From: a virus | Taxonomy: Duplodnaviria; Caudoviricetes | Direction: 5' to 3' (one strand) | DNA length: 29,542 nucleotides | IMG/VR virus record: IMGVR_UViG_3300033067_000349 | Coordinates: 1-29,542 of that record | In this document: in pieces, positions 26,147-29,542 of the stretch | Position numbering within the stretch: the stretch's first letter is position 1 | Layout: each line of letters begins with the position of its first letter | Notes under the pieces: model-generated | What the model was told of the DNA's origin: nothing | Databases searched by the model: none | The model's input: only the letters and a program-made list of their open reading frames with translations | Program-made: the position numbers and the translations under genes

Positions 26147-27307
26147 ATGGCTGCAATCACAATAGACTCCACTGTAATCTTCGAAAAGAACTACTCTGCA
26201 TTGGCAGACCCGAGCATCAGGTTTGTCATCAACGAGGGTGGTTCACGATCCAGCAAGACATACTCGCTATGTCAGATGATTATCGTGTACTGCATCCAAC
26301 ACCCCAACAAGGTGGTCAGTGTGGTGCGCAAGACATTCCCTGCTTTGAGAGCAACAGTCATGAGGGACTTCTTTGAAATCATGAAGGCGATGGAGATTTA
26401 CAACGTGAACAACCACAACAAGTCTGAACACATCTACACCTTCCCGAATGGAAGCATCGTTGAATTCTTTTCGGTGGATGATGAGCAGAAAATCAGAGGG
26501 CGCAAGAGAGACATCGGATGGTGCAATGAGGCCAATGAATTGTGGTTCGAAGATTTCCAACAGTTGAACATGAGAACCGAGACGAAACTCATCTTCGACT
26601 ACAACCCGAGTGAGTCATCATGCTGGCTATACGAGTTGCCGATGGAGGAGTCGGTGGTCATCAAGTCAACGTATCGAGACAACCCATTCCTTCCGGATAG
26701 CATCAAGCGACAAATCGAGGACCTCAAGCGAACCGATGAAGCACTGTACCAAATCTATGCGCTTGGTGAGAAGGCAATCAGCAAGTCGAACATCTACTCG
26801 AATTGGACATTCGTCAAGCATCGACCTGCGAGGTTCGTCAACTACGTCTATGGCCTTGACTTCGGATATAATCACCCGACTGCTCTGATGCGAGTCTATT
26901 GGTGCGACAATGATATCTACATTGAACCTGTGATATACGAGTCATATCTGACCACCACCAATCTGATTGCTCGAATGGATGAGATTAACATCGAGAAGCA
27001 CATCACCATTGTGGCTGACTATGCTCGACCTGAAATCATCGCAGAGATGAACAATGCAGGATACGATGTGCAGAACGCAAACAAGGTGGTCAAGAAAGGA
27101 ATCGACAACATCAAGACCTTCGGTGTGTTCTGCGAGGATGACCCTCGAGTCAAGAAAGAATACGAGAACTACAAGTGGAAAAAGGTCGGGGACATCATAA
27201 CCGATGAGCCAGTGAAGTTGTTTGATGATGCCATGGATGCCATACGATATGCGACCACACACATCAGGCAGGAGTACTATACTGATGATTCATACTTTGC
27301 GTTCTAA
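26147..27307 (+). CDS. terL: Terminase large subunit (PBSX-type)
   Basis: Walker A 'GGSRSSKT', Walker B 'WCNEANE', 'DYNP', nuclease 'GLDFGY', 'DDAMDAIRY'. Confidence 0.95.
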   Translation: MAAITIDSTVIFEKNYSALADPSIRFVINEGGSRSSKTYSLCQMIIVYCIQHPNKVVSVVRKTFPALRATVMRDFFEIMKAMEIYNVNNHNKSEHIYTFPNGSIVEFFSVDDEQKIRGRKRDIGWCNEANELWFEDFQQLNMRTETKLIFDYNPSESSCWLYELPMEESVVIKSTYRDNPFLPDSIKRQIEDLKRTDEALYQIYALGEKAISKSNIYSNWTFVKHRPARFVNYVYGLDFGYNHPTALMRVYWCDNDIYIEPVIYESYLTTTNLIARMDEINIEKHITIVADYARPEIIAEMNNAGYDVQNANKVVKKGIDNIKTFGVFCEDDPRVKKEYENYKWKKVGDIITDEPVKLFDDAMDAIRYATTHIRQEYYTDDSYFAF

Positions 27308-27333
27308 ACACTTGGCTGATAAATTGCAATATA
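27307..27333 (+). promoter_or_regulatory. Putative phage late promoter, copy 4
   Basis: AACACTT at 27307 and TTGCAATATA at 27324-27333; ATG at 27337. Confidence 0.65.
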
Positions 27334-27336
27334 AGC

Positions 27337-27708
27337 ATGGCAATATACAATCAATCTTGGCTGCACACGATACTGACTGACCTCAATGGGTCGGTTGTCA
27401 ATGAGTCGCTATGGCAGTCGATATGCTTCCACTATGGAATCACTGCAACAGTCAACGGGTCATGGCTTGAAGCACTGTGCAACTATTTCGATGTTCAACA
27501 CGATCTCGGTGAGGGATGGATTCAATCCTTGGCTGAAGACTTCGGTGCCACTGCACCTGTCAATGGTTCCTGGATACAGGCACTGGCTATGGAGATACAA
27601 AAGAACGCAGACCTGATTGATATATTCATCACCCGAATCACCAACAATAACGGAACATTCGAAGCCGAAGTATGCCTTGAAACAACACTTAACGAATTTG
27701 ACATATGA
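27337..27708 (+). CDS. Small repeat protein, probably virion-associated
   Basis: Five 17-18-aa repeats (N.SW...L/I) then a C-terminal F..R.....G.FEA..C motif. Confidence 0.7.
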   Translation: MAIYNQSWLHTILTDLNGSVVNESLWQSICFHYGITATVNGSWLEALCNYFDVQHDLGEGWIQSLAEDFGATAPVNGSWIQALAMEIQKNADLIDIFITRITNNNGTFEAEVCLETTLNEFDI

Positions 27709-29384
27709 GTTTACTTGACACCGCATCCCTAATAGTAACGCCAAACGGATACAAAGAAGGCAAACTTTACTCCGTTATTCCGTCCGATGGTTCGGGCGAC
27801 TTGTCCGTAACAAGAGCAACAACTGCAACAAGAGTAAACTCGCAAGGGTTTGTTGAATTAGTGCCTTATAACATTGTTCAGTATTCCGAACAATTCGACA
27901 ATGCAGCTTGGACAAAAGCAAGAGGTTCAGTAACTGCAAATGCCACTACTGCACCAAACGGAACAACAACTGCGGATAAATTTGTTCCCGATACACAAGT
28001 AAATCCACACTTCATATATCAAAGCGCATCTAATTTAAGTACGGGAGAAAGATATACTTCAAGTGTTTATGCTAAAATTTCTGAATGGAATAGTGTAGCG
28101 ATATTTAGAATGGATAGTTCCGTTGGTGTTTCTTTTAGATTAGATACGCAAGCCGCAACCGTTCTTGTAGGTTCTCCAATTTCTTATTCAATTACAAGTG
28201 TGGGGAATGGTTGGTATAGATTAGACGTATGCTTTGCAGCGGGAAGCGCTTCGGATGGAGTTCAAATCAGAATTGGGAACAATTCGTCTTATGGTATTGC
28301 GGGAAACAATTCTAACGGTTTATTCTTGTGGGGTGCACAACTTGTCGAAGGTTCATTAGCGAAAGACTACCAAAAGACGGAAACAAGACTTAATATACCA
28401 CGTTTAGACTACTCAAACGGAACTTGTCCAAGTATATTAGTAGAGCCACAAAGGACTAACTTGCTTACTTGGAGTTCGTCTTTTGATAACGCTGCTTGGA
28501 CTATGTTTAATGGTAGTGTAACTGCAAACCAAACTACTGCACCTGATGGCACTAATACTGCTGATAAAATCACTATGGGTGGAGCAGGTAGTGCTACATT
28601 AAGACAAAATATAAGTGGTGTATCAAATGGTACTATTGTAACATTTTCTTTATATATAAAACAAGGTAGTGGAGTAACTGCATTTTTAGATATTAGCGAT
28701 ACTAAAAGTACTGTAGATATTACTCCTACTGCAAATTGGGTAAGATATACTTATTCTGTAGCTTTTAATACTACACTTAATTTTATTGATATTGAATTAA
28801 GAGGAGCGAGTGGTACTGCGTTTTGTTATATTTGGGGTGCTCAAGTAGAAGTCGGTTCTTACGCTACTTCCTACATACCTACAACATCTGCAAGTGTAAC
28901 ACGAAACGCAGACGTTATCTCAAAGACGGGTATCAGTTCGCTTATCGGTCAAACGGAGGGGACAATCTTCCTTGACTTTGTTTTAAAGAATCCGCTTTCC
29001 GCTACAAATCGAATTATCTCAATTACTGAGCCATTTTGGCCCGATGGTTCAATCCGTCTTGACATAGACTATAATAAGTTTACCGCTGACTTTGTTAACG
29101 GTGGAACTACTGTGGGTGGTATAGGGTACTTTACTGCTGTACAACCAAACACGAGATATAAGGTAGCAATCGCATACAAAGTGAATGACTGCCAAATGTA
29201 TATTAATGGAGTTGATGCGGGTAGCGATACAACAACCACAGCAATGCCTACTTGTTCGGAGTTTTATTTAAATGCTTTAGGTGCTGGTTTTAACGCACCT
29301 TATGAAGCTTCTAATATCAATGCAGCAGCCCTTTGGAAAACTCGCTTGACAAATACTCAACTCGCACAACTTACAGCACTATGA
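27705..29384 (+). CDS. Tail fibre/receptor-binding-like protein
   Basis: Two repeated modules 'FDNAAWT...APxGTxTADK...WGAQ' and a C-terminal LamG/concanavalin-like segment ('KVAIAY...MYING...LTNTQLAQLT'). Confidence 0.7.
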   Translation: MSLLDTASLIVTPNGYKEGKLYSVIPSDGSGDLSVTRATTATRVNSQGFVELVPYNIVQYSEQFDNAAWTKARGSVTANATTAPNGTTTADKFVPDTQVNPHFIYQSASNLSTGERYTSSVYAKISEWNSVAIFRMDSSVGVSFRLDTQAATVLVGSPISYSITSVGNGWYRLDVCFAAGSASDGVQIRIGNNSSYGIAGNNSNGLFLWGAQLVEGSLAKDYQKTETRLNIPRLDYSNGTCPSILVEPQRTNLLTWSSSFDNAAWTMFNGSVTANQTTAPDGTNTADKITMGGAGSATLRQNISGVSNGTIVTFSLYIKQGSGVTAFLDISDTKSTVDITPTANWVRYTYSVAFNTTLNFIDIELRGASGTAFCYIWGAQVEVGSYATSYIPTTSASVTRNADVISKTGISSLIGQTEGTIFLDFVLKNPLSATNRIISITEPFWPDGSIRLDIDYNKFTADFVNGGTTVGGIGYFTAVQPNTRYKVAIAYKVNDCQMYINGVDAGSDTTTTAMPTCSEFYLNALGAGFNAPYEASNINAAALWKTRLTNTQLAQLTAL

Positions 29385-29542
29385 TTTATAAACTGACATA
29401 CGAAAACAAGGACAAAGCACTCGCAGACCTCAAAGCAAAAGGCATACTTGTAGAGGTAGAGTTCAACGGAGAAAAACACGAAGCATACGGACAAGGTGTC
29501 CAAGCAGTAGTTGAACTTGGGTTGATTATGGTAACTCCTCCC
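29381..29542 (+). CDS. 5' part of the 119-aa ORF that continues at position 1
   Basis: ATGA overlap with the tail-fibre stop; 54 open codons MIYKLTYENK...IMVTPP. Confidence 0.85.
   Translation, partial: MIYKLTYENKDKALADLKAKGILVEVEFNGEKHEAYGQGVQAVVELGLIMVTPP

Noticed and set aside
27705-29384. Diversity-generating retroelement target
   Set aside because: No reverse transcriptase and no template/variable repeat pair differing at adenines
1-29542. Stop-codon reassignment, tRNA genes or restriction-site avoidance
   Set aside because: Standard code gives dense intact genes using TAA, TGA and TAG stops; no tRNA seen; k-mer bias cannot be counted reliably by eye

Overview
This window appears to be an essentially complete, circularly permuted 29,542-bp genome of a tailed dsDNA phage (siphovirus-like; no sheath gene recognised). 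The host is very probably in Bacteroidota/Flavobacteriia, judged from TAnnTTTG-type promoters, A-rich ribosome-binding regions without Shine-Dalgarno, and DUF3127-like and BT4734/VirE-N-like genes. One ORF reads in frame across the end/start junction. Modules: tail genes in non-canonical order, a two-gene reversed cassette, protease/scaffold, capsid, tail tube, portal, lysis genes, an early/replication region (DnaA-domain-IV-like protein, CGTCAC repeat array, primase-helicase), an AT-rich methyltransferase island, recombination genes, an ECF-like sigma factor and terminase genes. No integrase, repressor or replicative DNA polymerase was recognised. Main highlights: (1) a bipartite motif AACA(A/C)-...-GCAAYATA found four times just before virion-gene start codons, a candidate promoter for the phage's own sigma factor; (2) that motif overlapping a divergent host-type promoter in a 42-bp gap; (3) a ~240-nt highly structured non-coding region between holin and endolysin; (4) a probable nested scaffold start inside the protease gene. 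All protein calls come from motif recognition by eye, not database searches.
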